Below, piece by piece: positions 48,289 to 57,957 of a stretch of 64,000 bases of DNA. This stretch comes from a virus (lineage: Duplodnaviria > Caudoviricetes). Numbering within the stretch: the first letter of the stretch is position 1; every line of letters begins with the position of its first letter. The translations under genes and the position numbers were made by a program. The notes under the pieces were generated by a model. The model was not told where the DNA came from and made no database searches. It saw only the letters and a program-made list of their open reading frames with translations. The DNA lies in the IMG/VR virus record IMGVR_UViG_2595698880_000001, positions 1 through 64,000 of that record; one strand, given 5' to 3'.

Positions 48289-48672
48289 TTATGCTTCTAA
48301 TAATTCATTCTTCCAGGCTTCACTTTTAAGTGACTCTAACCATTGGTCATCCTTCGTATCTTGAGCTAAATCAAAGAACAGACTTTGTAAAATGGTTCTT
48401 TGTCGCTTGTTCAATTCAACTTCTAAAGGATTAGGTTTACCATGAATGAAATCAAATCGATAAAGAGTAACTTCACCTACAGAACCTTTGATCGGATTAT
48501 CCTTAAAATCACGAATTAATTCATCTGTTTCAAGGTGAAACTTTTTATATACATCAAAATGAATTCTACCGTTTTCAAAATGAGTAATTACGCCGTGATA
48601 ATACACTCTCATTTCTTCATCCGTATACTTAACTTCGTTACCTACTTCATAATCATTCATTGACCATGCCAT
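48289..48672 (-). CDS. IDEAL-domain-like protein
   Basis: C-terminal FDLAQDTKDDQWLESL. Confidence 0.65.
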   Translation of the reverse strand: MAWSMNDYEVGNEVKYTDEEMRVYYHGVITHFENGRIHFDVYKKFHLETDELIRDFKDNPIKGSVGEVTLYRFDFIHGKPNPLEVELNKRQRTILQSLFFDLAQDTKDDQWLESLKSEAWKNELLEA

Positions 48673-48693
48673 AAATGAAACCCCCTTTAAATT

Positions 48694-49611
48694 TTAAACA
48701 GCGATATCTTCAAACTTAATCGGATCACCCGATTCATAATCAAGCAACTTGAAGTCCGAAATTGTAAAATCATAGAAGTTTTTGACTTCAGGATTTACCC
48801 ATAAAGTAGGTGTTTTGAATTGTTCACGTTGAATCATTTCTTTCATTTGTTCTTCGTGACGGTTATAGATGTGTGCATTATCAATGTTGAATACTAATGT
48901 ACCAACTTCCATTCCAACTACTTGTGCAATCATACGCTGCAACACGTACATTTGAAAAGTGTTGAAAGGATTTCCGATTGGCATATCATTCGAACGAATG
49001 TTAACTGTTAAATGTAATTTTTCTTCCCATGTTTGCCAATGCGTTTCATACATACAAGGCGGTAAAGCCATCCCTGGAATATCTTCAACACACCATAATG
49101 TTGTTTTAATTTGGTTAGAGTAACGGTTAAAGATTAACGACTGTATTAAATGGTCAACCTGATCCAGCATAAGATGTGGTTTTCCGTCAATAACTTTACC
49201 AGGATATAAACCTTTATCTAATTGTGTAGTGTCAATTTGACCAGCATATACAGGCCGTTTCTTGTTAGCTAATTGCCATCCGTAAGATTTACCTATTGTT
49301 CCATCTTCTTGTTCCCATTCGCACCAAATAGTCTTTTGCTTACCTGTTAGTTCGCGCAGATCATCAAGTCTATTTGATTTCTTTTGCCACATCCATAAAA
49401 ATTCCCAAATAGGCGTTTTATAACCTAATTGTCGCAATGTAGGAAATGGACACTCGCCGTTAAATACCATACGCTCATTTAAAACTGATCTAGCATATGC
49501 TGGTGATCCATCAGAATCCCATCTAGCACGAATTGGTTTACCTTCGTTACTTTTACCTTCTGTAAATATTCTGTTTGTAATACGAACGATCTGTTCATCA
49601 TACGTTGACAT
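48694..49611 (-). CDS. thyA: Thymidylate synthase (Bacillus ThyA type)
   Basis: RARWDSDG, ALPPC, RSNDMPIGNPFN, NAHIY. Confidence 0.95.
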   Translation of the reverse strand: MSTYDEQIVRITNRIFTEGKSNEGKPIRARWDSDGSPAYARSVLNERMVFNGECPFPTLRQLGYKTPIWEFLWMWQKKSNRLDDLRELTGKQKTIWCEWEQEDGTIGKSYGWQLANKKRPVYAGQIDTTQLDKGLYPGKVIDGKPHLMLDQVDHLIQSLIFNRYSNQIKTTLWCVEDIPGMALPPCMYETHWQTWEEKLHLTVNIRSNDMPIGNPFNTFQMYVLQRMIAQVVGMEVGTLVFNIDNAHIYNRHEEQMKEMIQREQFKTPTLWVNPEVKNFYDFTISDFKLLDYESGDPIKFEDIAV

Positions 49612-49615
49612 TCAA

Positions 49616-49765
49616 TCACTCCTGGACTTCAAAATAATAATTATTAGCGGCTACATAAAAGCCATTTACAAATGCTGTATATAAATCAAATGGATTTTGA
49701 ACTGTTGTTACAGCTAGTAATCCATTGAGATAACCACGTTTGAAAGCAATCATATCGTGCATCAT
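49616..49765 (-). CDS. 49-aa hypothetical protein (not in ORF track)
   Basis: ATGA overlap with the sigma gene; fills the gap to thyA. Confidence 0.55.
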   Translation of the reverse strand: MMHDMIAFKRGYLNGLLAVTTVQNPFDLYTAFVNGFYVAANNYYFEVQE

Positions 49766-50463
49766 ATCGCCACTCTCCCAAAATGAGCTTCAGCAAAAGG
49801 TTTGATTCTTCTTTTGATGATACGGCCCACTTGAACTTGACTAATGCCTAAACCTTCAGCTATTTCCCTTTGACCTTTTTCTAACAAAAGTTGCTCCACT
49901 ATGTAGCGTTCTCTAGGTTGCAGCTTGTCCATAAAATCTTGAGCAATAACATTAGTGTAATCTTCATCTGTACGCACAAAGTAATCAAATGTATCACCGA
50001 AAGTATCATCTTCATCAATGAGTTTATTTGTACTAGTTATAGTGAAGTTCTTATTTAAAGCAACTGCATCCATAACTTCTTTTTCAGACAAACCAACATC
50101 TTTCATAATTTCCTTTACATCTTTTTCGAAAGAGCTTTCACGATTAATCAACGAAAAATGTTCTCTTACGTGACGCGGAAAGCGAATTGATGTCGTTCGT
50201 TCTCTAGCCCAATGTAACCACTCACCTACCATGATCTTAACAGCATAAGTAGAGAATTTGTATTCGCTGAACTTAATCGGATCATACTTAGCACAAGCTG
50301 TTAACAATCCCATTGAAACAACTTGCTCAATATCTTCCTTTGAATAATTTGTTTGATTTTCGTTCTTCATCCAGTAACCAGCTAACTTTTCGTTCATTAC
50401 GAAACCGATTAAACCTGAATTTTCCGCGAACAAAGCGTTTCTTTCCTCAATAGTTCTTAACAT
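49762..50463 (-). CDS. SigF/SigG/SigB-like sigma factor
   Basis: EDIEQVVSMGLLTACAKYDP...FSTYAVKIMVGE; IRFPR; QREIAEGLGISQVQVGRI. Confidence 0.88.
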   Translation of the reverse strand: MLRTIEERNALFAENSGLIGFVMNEKLAGYWMKNENQTNYSKEDIEQVVSMGLLTACAKYDPIKFSEYKFSTYAVKIMVGEWLHWARERTTSIRFPRHVREHFSLINRESSFEKDVKEIMKDVGLSEKEVMDAVALNKNFTITSTNKLIDEDDTFGDTFDYFVRTDEDYTNVIAQDFMDKLQPRERYIVEQLLLEKGQREIAEGLGISQVQVGRIIKRRIKPFAEAHFGRVAI

Positions 50464-50533
50464 AATTTAAGCTCCCCCTTAAATTTTGGTTATAAAGTGA
50501 ATACGTGATGCATACCCTATGTGATGTAAGTTA

Positions 50534-50563
50534 ATTATATACCAGCAAATATCATTTTGTAAA
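50534..50563 (-). promoter_or_regulatory. SigA-type promoter of the sigma gene
   Basis: TTTACA-N18-TATAAT. Confidence 0.6.
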
Positions 50564-50580
50564 CAATTTTTTCTAATTTT

Positions 50581-51306
50581 TTAGGACATATTTTTCTTGA
50601 GGTATACCGGACAAATTGACCTCATGGTACAAAAGGACTCACAAAAAAATGGAGAATAGTTAGCTTGGAATGTACTGTTTTTTATTTTGTTCCATGCGCC
50701 TATTACTTTTAATTTTGCAAGCTCCATAAATACATCATCTATAACGAAAGTATGCTGCTGGTCATAAAGCGGAAAGTCAAATTCAAATTTATAAGGCATT
50801 TCTCCATATTTGGCCTTAACAGCAAGTGCATACACATATGGTTGAACTTTCTTTTTCAAAGCGGATTTTTCAAATGGTTTCGACTTTTTATAATCGCGGA
50901 TCACCAAACCTTTTTCATCACGGTAAACATAATCGACAAAACCGTGAATAGGTGGAATTCCGAATTGAACCGAATGAGTAAACTCCATTTCAACTTCCAG
51001 GGTATTCAATTGACTGATTTCAATAGCCTTCCTCTCTATTCCGGAAAGGGCCAAATGATACAACTTTTCATATTCTTCTTCAGGAACGTAGCAGTATTGG
51101 TAGTTCTGCATGAAATAGTTCTTAGCCTGGAACACTTCAAATTCACCTTTTGCTAACTTTTCCATGATTGTATGAATAAGTGTACCTAAATCAGCGTGCC
51201 AATCGACGGTGTTATCAAGATCATCCATCTTTTCTATATACTTAAATCCGAAATAAAGACCGCATTGCTCATGAAGTTCGATCCTGCTGCTGCTCAAATA
51301 CTCCAT
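50581..51306 (-). CDS. Cas4/AddB-like PD-(D/E)XK exonuclease
   Basis: LSSSRI...C; GTLIH; GFVD...IRDYK; QPYVY; C-terminal three-Cys cluster. Confidence 0.85.
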   Translation of the reverse strand: MEYLSSSRIELHEQCGLYFGFKYIEKMDDLDNTVDWHADLGTLIHTIMEKLAKGEFEVFQAKNYFMQNYQYCYVPEEEYEKLYHLALSGIERKAIEISQLNTLEVEMEFTHSVQFGIPPIHGFVDYVYRDEKGLVIRDYKKSKPFEKSALKKKVQPYVYALAVKAKYGEMPYKFEFDFPLYDQQHTFVIDDVFMELAKLKVIGAWNKIKNSTFQANYSPFFCESFCTMRSICPVYLKKNMS

Positions 51307-51554
51307 TACCACAACTCCTTATAAACATTTACTTGATCCATTGAAATAGATTCTTCAATTCTTAGGCCACAAATAAGGTTGCTATCAAGGTCTTGTTGAG
51401 TAGTAAGAGGACACGTTGCTAAATAATTTTGAATAGCTTCACGTTGTAAAACACCTAAAGCAACAGTGTTTGGCTCTCTTTTATTAACAGCTATAAATGT
51501 GTTTGTTTCTTCTTTAATCGCTTTTATAATCGTATCCATAGTAATCATTTGCAT
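51306..51554 (-). CDS. Hypothetical protein
   Basis: SD GGAGG. Confidence 0.7.
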   Translation of the reverse strand: MQMITMDTIIKAIKEETNTFIAVNKREPNTVALGVLQREAIQNYLATCPLTTQQDLDSNLICGLRIEESISMDQVNVYKELW

Positions 51555-51609
51555 ATTAACTACCTCCAATAATATAAAGCCCTACCGAATGGACAGCAGG
51601 GCTTATAAC

Positions 51610-51801
51610 TTATTTATTTAATCCGTTAAGGTTGATCTTTTTATTATCAGTTACTTTGTAAATAACAACAATAACGTGATGTGTTTCGTTTTCATTCATA
51701 GCTAAATTACTTTTGATATCAACAACATTGATCTTATGTTGACGTATCCAGTTATTTACTGTTGCATCCCTTTCGCCCCAAAACTCCTTAATCTGTAACA
51801 T
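51610..51801 (-). CDS. Hypothetical protein
   Basis: 63 aa; VNNWI...VVDIK pattern. Confidence 0.7.
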   Translation of the reverse strand: MLQIKEFWGERDATVNNWIRQHKINVVDIKSNLAMNENETHHVIVVIYKVTDNKKINLNGLNK

Positions 51802-51802
51802 A

Positions 51803-52093
51803 TCAGGACTCCTTCGCTTCTTTGAATTTCTTGTAAATTTCGATCAATCCTTGACGATCTACACCTAAATGTTTCATAGCAGCTTGTAACAGCTGGTAAT
51901 CCTCAACATCTTCACCGCGACAATAATTGCAGCTTGTTACTTCATAACCTTCTTCATCAAATCCTTCTTTAAATCCATCTGATTCAGCACAACTATCAGT
52001 ACACCATCTTCTACCACATTCACAACTCTCGTGTGGCCCACAATCAGGAAAGTTATCTTCACAATTTGTACATGTTAAGTAATCTACACCCAT
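51803..52093 (-). CDS. Cys-rich (Zn-binding) protein
   Basis: Multiple CxxC/CxC pairs. Confidence 0.75.
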   Translation of the reverse strand: MGVDYLTCTNCEDNFPDCGPHESCECGRRWCTDSCAESDGFKEGFDEEGYEVTSCNYCRGEDVEDYQLLQAAMKHLGVDRQGLIEIYKKFKEAKES

Positions 52094-52368
52094 TATTCAA
52101 CACCATCACTTTCAGCTAGTTTTTTTAATGCATCACCGTTTTTAGCAACAGCTTTTTCAAACGATTTTCTAACATCTGATTTGATTTTATCATTCAATTC
52201 ATTGTAACAATCGGTACACAATCCAGCTTCAAACGCTTTAGTTTTAACACCTACCCACTTAAATTCTTGACAAGATGGACAAGGGATGTAGTTTTTCATC
52301 CGTCCTGATCGAACTTTACTTACGTTTCGTTTCATTTCAATTGTACTACCATTTACCAGGGTAATCAT
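52093..52368 (-). CDS. Zn-finger hypothetical protein
   Basis: CPSC...CTDC; start re-called by ATGA overlap. Confidence 0.65.
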   Translation of the reverse strand: MITLVNGSTIEMKRNVSKVRSGRMKNYIPCPSCQEFKWVGVKTKAFEAGLCTDCYNELNDKIKSDVRKSFEKAVAKNGDALKKLAESDGVE

Positions 52369-52514
52369 AACCGTGTCCTTCTGTACTCTCTTTCTTCCAT
52401 TGCTCTTTCTTTTTCCCATACCTTCATCTGCTCCTTCAGACAGTCATCACAATAATCACTGTCACTATTTGTTGGTTGTTCACAATAAATGCATTTACCG
52501 GTGTTTAACACCAT
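52365..52514 (-). CDS. 49-aa Zn-finger protein (not in ORF track)
   Basis: MVLNTGKCIYCEQPTNSDSDYCDDCLKEQ... Confidence 0.6.
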   Translation of the reverse strand: MVLNTGKCIYCEQPTNSDSDYCDDCLKEQMKVWEKERAMEEREYRRTRL

Positions 52515-52680
52515 CCCACTTCCTAGTCTGTTCTCGACTCGTAATCAATAATTGTTGTAGGTAACGAAGGTATTCAGGATCATTTTCTACTTTACCTTCA
52601 AGTACCACCATGATAGCAGTAACTATTTCTTGTTCAAAATTGATAATGTTTTCGTTTGCTTGTACGATATTTTCACTCAT
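52495..52680 (-). CDS. Hypothetical protein
   Basis: 61 aa; SD AGGGGG. Confidence 0.65.
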   Translation of the reverse strand: MSENIVQANENIINFEQEIVTAIMVVLEGKVENDPEYLRYLQQLLITSREQTRKWDGVKHR

Positions 52681-52682
52681 TT

Positions 52683-53711
52683 TTAAACCCCCTGAAATTT
52701 AGATGCCATTTTTAAACTAAGCATAAAAGAATCCTTAACACAATCTGCTGGATCGTGGCCCAATATTGAAGGCATCGTTAACCAAATGTTTTTACCTCTT
52801 TGTTTTAATTCAGCAGCTAACTTAACAGCTGAAGCTTGACTAGCTTGTGTTGCATCATTATCAGCAAATATTACAATGTTATCAACACCCATATCACAAA
52901 GTAATTGAACTTGTTCAGGTGTTGTTGTGTTACTTAAAGTAGCAACGAAATTTCCATAGTCGTATTGAACGGCTCTCCATACAGAAGCAGCACCTTCTAC
53001 GACTCCCACCCACCCACGAGACATAGCGTGAACTTTTGCAACACGATAATTATAAAGTGTTCGTTTAGCTAAATAACCTTGTTCTGTTGAACCAAAACAG
53101 TATTTAGGAAACGTTTCATCATTTGTTGCGCGGCCCTGGAATGCTATGATCCGCATATTTTCATCTAAAATAGGTATAGTTAGACGATCTTTGAGCAAAT
53201 TATTCATGTTACAGTATCCTAATTTGAACATTTGAGCAATTTCAGGAGTGTAACCACGTCCTTGCCAATATACATGTAACTTTCCGCTATCGAACGCTTC
53301 TAGTGTTGTCTTATCAAAATATGTAGGTTTGATAACTTTCGGTTCAAGTTCTATTTGAGTCGCTTCGTTAACTCCATTCTCACTACCTGAAGCAAACACC
53401 ATAACATCTATAGCTTTTCTAAAACTATATCCCATGTGTTTAGTTAGGAAATCAACGGTGTCTATATTACCGAAAGTGCGGTGTGTAAAATCACTGAACC
53501 TCCATTTACTTTCATTAGGATAAAATGTTATGCCTAAAGCAGAAGGATTGTCACCGCCACGAAAGAAAGCATTAATTCTCCAATCGATTACAATACCTTT
53601 ATTCGTCTTTTTGTGTGGTCTTAGATTTTCGATTGGAGCGCCTATAAAGGTCATCAATGCTCCAATATCTAACTTTCGGTTAAGTTCTCTCATTTCTTCT
53701 GCTGTAATCAT
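52683..53711 (-). CDS. dnaG: DnaG-type DNA primase
   Basis: RLTIPI...AFQGR...PKY; TOPRIM VVEG, FADND. Confidence 0.88.
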   Translation of the reverse strand: MITAEEMRELNRKLDIGALMTFIGAPIENLRPHKKTNKGIVIDWRINAFFRGGDNPSALGITFYPNESKWRFSDFTHRTFGNIDTVDFLTKHMGYSFRKAIDVMVFASGSENGVNEATQIELEPKVIKPTYFDKTTLEAFDSGKLHVYWQGRGYTPEIAQMFKLGYCNMNNLLKDRLTIPILDENMRIIAFQGRATNDETFPKYCFGSTEQGYLAKRTLYNYRVAKVHAMSRGWVGVVEGAASVWRAVQYDYGNFVATLSNTTTPEQVQLLCDMGVDNIVIFADNDATQASQASAVKLAAELKQRGKNIWLTMPSILGHDPADCVKDSFMLSLKMASKFQGV

Positions 53712-53723
53712 AACACATTCTCC

Positions 53724-54185
53724 TTACTTGAAATTCAAACTTGCGTATTCACCGAACAATTCTACAGCTTTTTTATCGTAAGCTCTAGCTGCATCTTCTT
53801 CTGTTATATGCAAGCCTAAATGTATTTGTTTTTGTTGGAATTTTATATAAGCTCTAAATTTACTACCTCTTTTTGATACACCTTTGAACCTGGATGTTTT
53901 AGTTCTTTGTTGAGTTTTTTGGTTCATAGAGTTCTTGTGACGATTACACTCACGAAGATTATATTTTTGATTATTTAATCTGTTTCCGTCTTCGTGATCC
54001 ACAATCATTCCTTCTTGTGCCTTCTTCAAAAATTGGTGCATATAAATAGTTTTACCATCAACATGACCTCTAGCATAACCTTCATTTAGATACCATTTAT
54101 ACTTAGAAAGAGAATCGAAATCTTCATCATCGACTAATGCAAACATCCCTTTGCCTATTTCACCGCGTAAAAATATCTTTTTCAT
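53724..54185 (-). mobile_element. HNH-AP2 homing endonuclease between helicase and primase
   Basis: ALVDDEDF...VDHEDGNRLNNQKYNLR; SRFKGV...AARAYD..A..LFGEYA. Confidence 0.9.
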
Positions 54186-54187
54186 GG

Positions 54188-55558
54188 TTATAACTCCTTT
54201 ATTCTATGGAAATCGTTGAACCATAAGTCAACAGTTTTTCCTTCATCTTTACGATCAATTTTACGGCCCATTACAAGTTCAAGATAATGTGTCCCTTGAT
54301 GTTGATGTGAATTTTCATAGCTTGGACGATTCTTTCTCAATACAAAGATAACGTCACCTAGCTTAGTGAAGTGAGAAGTTTCGGCAAATCTAGCTTTACC
54401 TTTTTCATCTACCCACATCTGACCGCTTGTAATAACAGGAATATCACATTGCTTTGCAATTTTCTCTTTAAGTGTATCAATTTTAGCGGCTAATAACAAA
54501 TCGGTACGGCCCTTTTCTACTTCGTGAGACTGAATTTTAACATAGTCATAAGTGAAAAGCTCAATACCTTCCTGCATTTGCAGCAGCTTAACTTTACTTT
54601 CAAGTTCTGAATTGGTCATTTCGTTCGCGTTAAAATGAAAAAACGGTGTCATTTCAATCACGTCATATGCATCTATTAGCGCTTGTTTTTGCTTATCTGT
54701 TAAGAAAGGCTCACCATTTGGTTTAGTGTCTTCTGATGCCATGATTTGTTCTTCGGTAAGGCCAGCTTCTTTCGCTAATAATCGCATTAAAACTTCTTCA
54801 TCGAACATTTCAGTATCCGCATAAGCTGTTGGTATCCCTAAATTTCTAGCAACATACCAGGAGATATCAAGCATAACAGATGACTTACCAATCTTTTCTT
54901 CAGCACCGATAACATATAGCGCTTTTTTACGAAGATTTTTCATTAGTTTGTTCATCTTAGGATACTTACCGCCGATATTAATGCCTTCGATTTCTTTATT
55001 CTTAATCTTCTCTTTGATCCGGTCTAACTTTGAACCGATTTTAGTTATCTTCTCGTGAGTTCTGATTGAATCAGCAAGAAAATAAGTAGCAGTTTTGATG
55101 TGAGTGTCCATTTCTTCCAGGTCTTCAAACTGCTTATTACCTTCATCAGTATTAGTTATAGCGAATGTGCGAATTTTAGCCGAAAGATCAAGGCATTTAC
55201 GGCGATAAGATAAACTTTTCAATGTCTTCATTTGTTCTGTTACAGCTGGTGATTCAGGTAGTGTATCGTCTACAAGGCTTCTTACAGCTTGTACACCACC
55301 AATACCCATCAAACAGTCATAACCTTCTTTGTTTGTGTTCTCAAGAAGTGTCATGATGCCTTCAGGAGTTACGTCACCATCAGCAGCAAGGCGTTTGATA
55401 GCACCAAATGTAAATCTACAGTAAGGAAAGAAAAAGTCATCAGCTTTTAATTCCTGACCGATTATTGTAATCATAGCAGGTCTTGTCATCAAAACCTTCA
55501 AGATATATGTTTCTGTTGAATTTGAGCTTAACGCTGCTTTAGGATCACTAACCGTCAT
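54188..55558 (-). CDS. dnaB: DnaB-like replicative helicase
   Basis: Walker A AEEKIGKS, DTEM, YDYVK, VITSGQ. Confidence 0.85.
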   Translation of the reverse strand: MTVSDPKAALSSNSTETYILKVLMTRPAMITIIGQELKADDFFFPYCRFTFGAIKRLAADGDVTPEGIMTLLENTNKEGYDCLMGIGGVQAVRSLVDDTLPESPAVTEQMKTLKSLSYRRKCLDLSAKIRTFAITNTDEGNKQFEDLEEMDTHIKTATYFLADSIRTHEKITKIGSKLDRIKEKIKNKEIEGINIGGKYPKMNKLMKNLRKKALYVIGAEEKIGKSSVMLDISWYVARNLGIPTAYADTEMFDEEVLMRLLAKEAGLTEEQIMASEDTKPNGEPFLTDKQKQALIDAYDVIEMTPFFHFNANEMTNSELESKVKLLQMQEGIELFTYDYVKIQSHEVEKGRTDLLLAAKIDTLKEKIAKQCDIPVITSGQMWVDEKGKARFAETSHFTKLGDVIFVLRKNRPSYENSHQHQGTHYLELVMGRKIDRKDEGKTVDLWFNDFHRIKEL

Positions 55559-55564
55559 TGCTAA

Positions 55565-56110
55565 TTACCTCCAAATCTTAACCCACCGCACAATATGAAT
55601 AGGTGCATAAAACAAATCGCACAAATTGTTATTTTTAACTTTTCTATCATAATCGATGAATCGGAATGCTTTTCTATCGTGCCAAATACGTTGACAAGCG
55701 CTTTTGAAACCACGTTCTTTACGCATACGTCGAAATCTTCTTAATAATGATGTTTCAACATAAATGACCATTATGTTTTCTCTTCCTATTTTAGTAGCTA
55801 GGAATTCAACACCAGCTGGATCAATAATATAAACATCACTTTCGACTAACTGCTTGAGTGTACCGAAATAATCATGACCATCAAACCTGGTATGAGCAAT
55901 AATTTCTTCTTCATGAAGCATTACAGTAGCTTGTACAGGTGTAATAAATTCATGAGTTTCTTCGCTTTCAAATCTCTTTGGACGTGAAGTGTAACTTTTT
56001 AAATCCGTTAATCCGTAACGTTCTAGTTCTTTTGAAATTGTTGATTTGCCTGTCCCACTTTTACCCACCAAACAAACGATTCTATCTTGACCTTTTAGAA
56101 AAGTATTCAT
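55565..56110 (-). CDS. gmk: Guanylate kinase-like protein
   Basis: GKSGTGKS, SYTSRPKR, IDPAG. Confidence 0.8.
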   Translation of the reverse strand: MNTFLKGQDRIVCLVGKSGTGKSTISKELERYGLTDLKSYTSRPKRFESEETHEFITPVQATVMLHEEEIIAHTRFDGHDYFGTLKQLVESDVYIIDPAGVEFLATKIGRENIMVIYVETSLLRRFRRMRKERGFKSACQRIWHDRKAFRFIDYDRKVKNNNLCDLFYAPIHIVRWVKIWR

Positions 56111-56288
56111 TGACTTCCTCCTTAGTCATTTCGCTTCTAACCACTTCACCACTTAAAGAAGCCCAATCAGTGAAATCGTTTGGCATTCTGCAATTGTGAG
56201 TATCATAAACGGTGATGTTATTTCTATCTTGCTGCTTCCATTTCTTCATTAATTCTTGCATTGAAACGCCGCGTTTAGGTCTAGGCAT
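56082..56288 (-). CDS. Hypothetical protein
   Basis: 68 aa; overlaps both neighbours; SD GAGGGG. Confidence 0.6.
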   Translation of the reverse strand: MPRPKRGVSMQELMKKWKQQDRNNITVYDTHNCRMPNDFTDWASLSGEVVRSEMTKEEVNEYFSKRSR

Positions 56289-56631
56289 TTTTCACTAACC
56301 CCTCATTCTTCCACCAATCATTACGTTTGCCTTGTAATTGGCAACTGATGATGACATATTTTCCACACTCTTCTTTCTTACAAATGAACTGCATTCTTTC
56401 ATTCATAGAACCAGCTACTTCATAACGTCTTTCTTTACCATTCGCTAAGAAGCCGCCTAACTTAGAATTTCTGAATTTGCGGATAATTTCAGTTCGAACA
56501 GCGTTGATGTCAAGTCCAGCTGGATCAAGATTCTGTCTTTCGACAAAACGAATAACTGCATGATCTGACATAAACACTTTAACATTACCGATAAAATTAC
56601 GTCTAACTTTATTTTTATAATGATTTGCCAT
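56281..56631 (-). CDS. Hypothetical protein, possibly RelE-like fold
   Basis: SDHAVIRFVER motif; SD GGGAGG. Confidence 0.65.
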   Translation of the reverse strand: MANHYKNKVRRNFIGNVKVFMSDHAVIRFVERQNLDPAGLDINAVRTEIIRKFRNSKLGGFLANGKERRYEVAGSMNERMQFICKKEECGKYVIISCQLQGKRNDWWKNEGLVKNA

Positions 56632-56647
56632 TAAATTACCTCCCTTA

Positions 56648-57088
56648 TCACCACTCTTCAGTGTCAAGCCAATTTAATTTCTTTTTCTTATCTTTATTAT
56701 AACCATTTAAACCATTATTTTCAACGTTTTCTTTTTGTTTAGGGCTATAAATATCTAAATCATTTGAAGATTCTTTTTCGTGGGCCTTAATTTCTTCAGC
56801 AATCGCGCGGCCTTTCCAATAACCTAGACTTTCGGGTAGAACATCATAACCTAAACTTCCAATCGATCTGAAACGCTTTCCTGTCATTTGTGAATACTTG
56901 ATTGTATTAATGATGATTTCATTTGTAGAAAGATCAGTTTCGATATTATTTTCTTCCAGGTATTTGTTAACTGTTTTGCGAAGTTGAGCAAGCATAATAC
57001 CCATGCGGCGCTTTTCTGAAGGCGTGAAAGGTTGCCCATGCTCAAATGTCTTGATAAATAAATCGGTTACATCTTTATTTTTAATCAT
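56648..57088 (-). CDS. Hypothetical protein in the replication module
   Basis: SD AAGGAG. Confidence 0.7.
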   Translation of the reverse strand: MIKNKDVTDLFIKTFEHGQPFTPSEKRRMGIMLAQLRKTVNKYLEENNIETDLSTNEIIINTIKYSQMTGKRFRSIGSLGYDVLPESLGYWKGRAIAEEIKAHEKESSNDLDIYSPKQKENVENNGLNGYNKDKKKKLNWLDTEEW

Positions 57089-57154
57089 ATTATAATCTCC
57101 TTTTTTAGACAAAATAAAAAGAGGTGCAATGATAAACACCTCTTATTTAATTAA

Positions 57155-57940
57155 TCACCAAATGTTAGCGAATAATTGAGCTACATTACTACGTTCTGAC
57201 TTCTGCATTTCAACTAGCCCTACCAGCGAAGGCCATCCCTTGTTTTCAAATGCTTTGATACCATTTACAAGGCCGTTTTTATCACCTTTGTATTTATGAT
57301 CGAACGCTTGTTTGTAATCACCAGCGAATACGATCTTACTTTTGAATCCTACACGAGAACCTAACATTTGAAACAAATCGTTACAAAGCATTTGAGCTTC
57401 TTCAACAATGACAAATGTTTTGTCCCATGTGATACCTTGTTGATAAGCAGGAGTATCGAATTCAATGCAAGACATTACATCGTATGCATCATCATCACAA
57501 AGATTAGTGATTGACTTGATCCAGGGCATCATTTTCTCTTCCTTAGTCCCTGGTAATAGTCCTAAATCCTTACCTACAGCAGCAGGATTACGCAGAATTA
57601 ATATTTTTTCAATCGGATTATGATAATCAAGCAGCTTCTTTAATGCAAATTCGAAAGCCATTCTTGTTTTACCACCACCAGCAACACCGGTTAACATTTT
57701 TACAGGAACGTTATCATTGTCAAGCAAGTCAAAAGCCATCTTTTGTTCCATATTTTTAGGCTTTATCTTAGTCATTTCATAAGATAGCGGCACTAAAACC
57801 GAACCATTAAAGCGGCTAATGTCTTTATTGTCAATGATAACGTATTGATTGTTCCAAAAAGGGTATTCTGTACCGCCAACTTCGAGATAATCATTTAATT
57901 CTTCACTAGTATAATGGTGAAACCCTTTGTAAATATCCAT
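57155..57940 (-). CDS. phoH: PhoH-family ATPase
   Basis: PKNMEQ, GVAGGGKT, LGLLPGTKEEKM, VEEAQ, GDYKQ, SERS. Confidence 0.92.
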   Translation of the reverse strand: MDIYKGFHHYTSEELNDYLEVGGTEYPFWNNQYVIIDNKDISRFNGSVLVPLSYEMTKIKPKNMEQKMAFDLLDNDNVPVKMLTGVAGGGKTRMAFEFALKKLLDYHNPIEKILILRNPAAVGKDLGLLPGTKEEKMMPWIKSITNLCDDDAYDVMSCIEFDTPAYQQGITWDKTFVIVEEAQMLCNDLFQMLGSRVGFKSKIVFAGDYKQAFDHKYKGDKNGLVNGIKAFENKGWPSLVGLVEMQKSERSNVAQLFANIW

Positions 57941-57957
57941 GTAAAAACCTCTTCCTG

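Noticed and set aside
48694-49611. Thymidylate synthase homologue as a base-hypermodification enzyme
   Set aside because: It keeps the dUMP-specifying Asn (GNPFN) and looks like ordinary Bacillus ThyA. A dUTPase is present and no modification genes are adjacent.
50581-51306. Cas4-like gene as part of a CRISPR system
   Set aside because: No repeat-spacer array or other cas genes are visible; it fits a phage recombination exonuclease.
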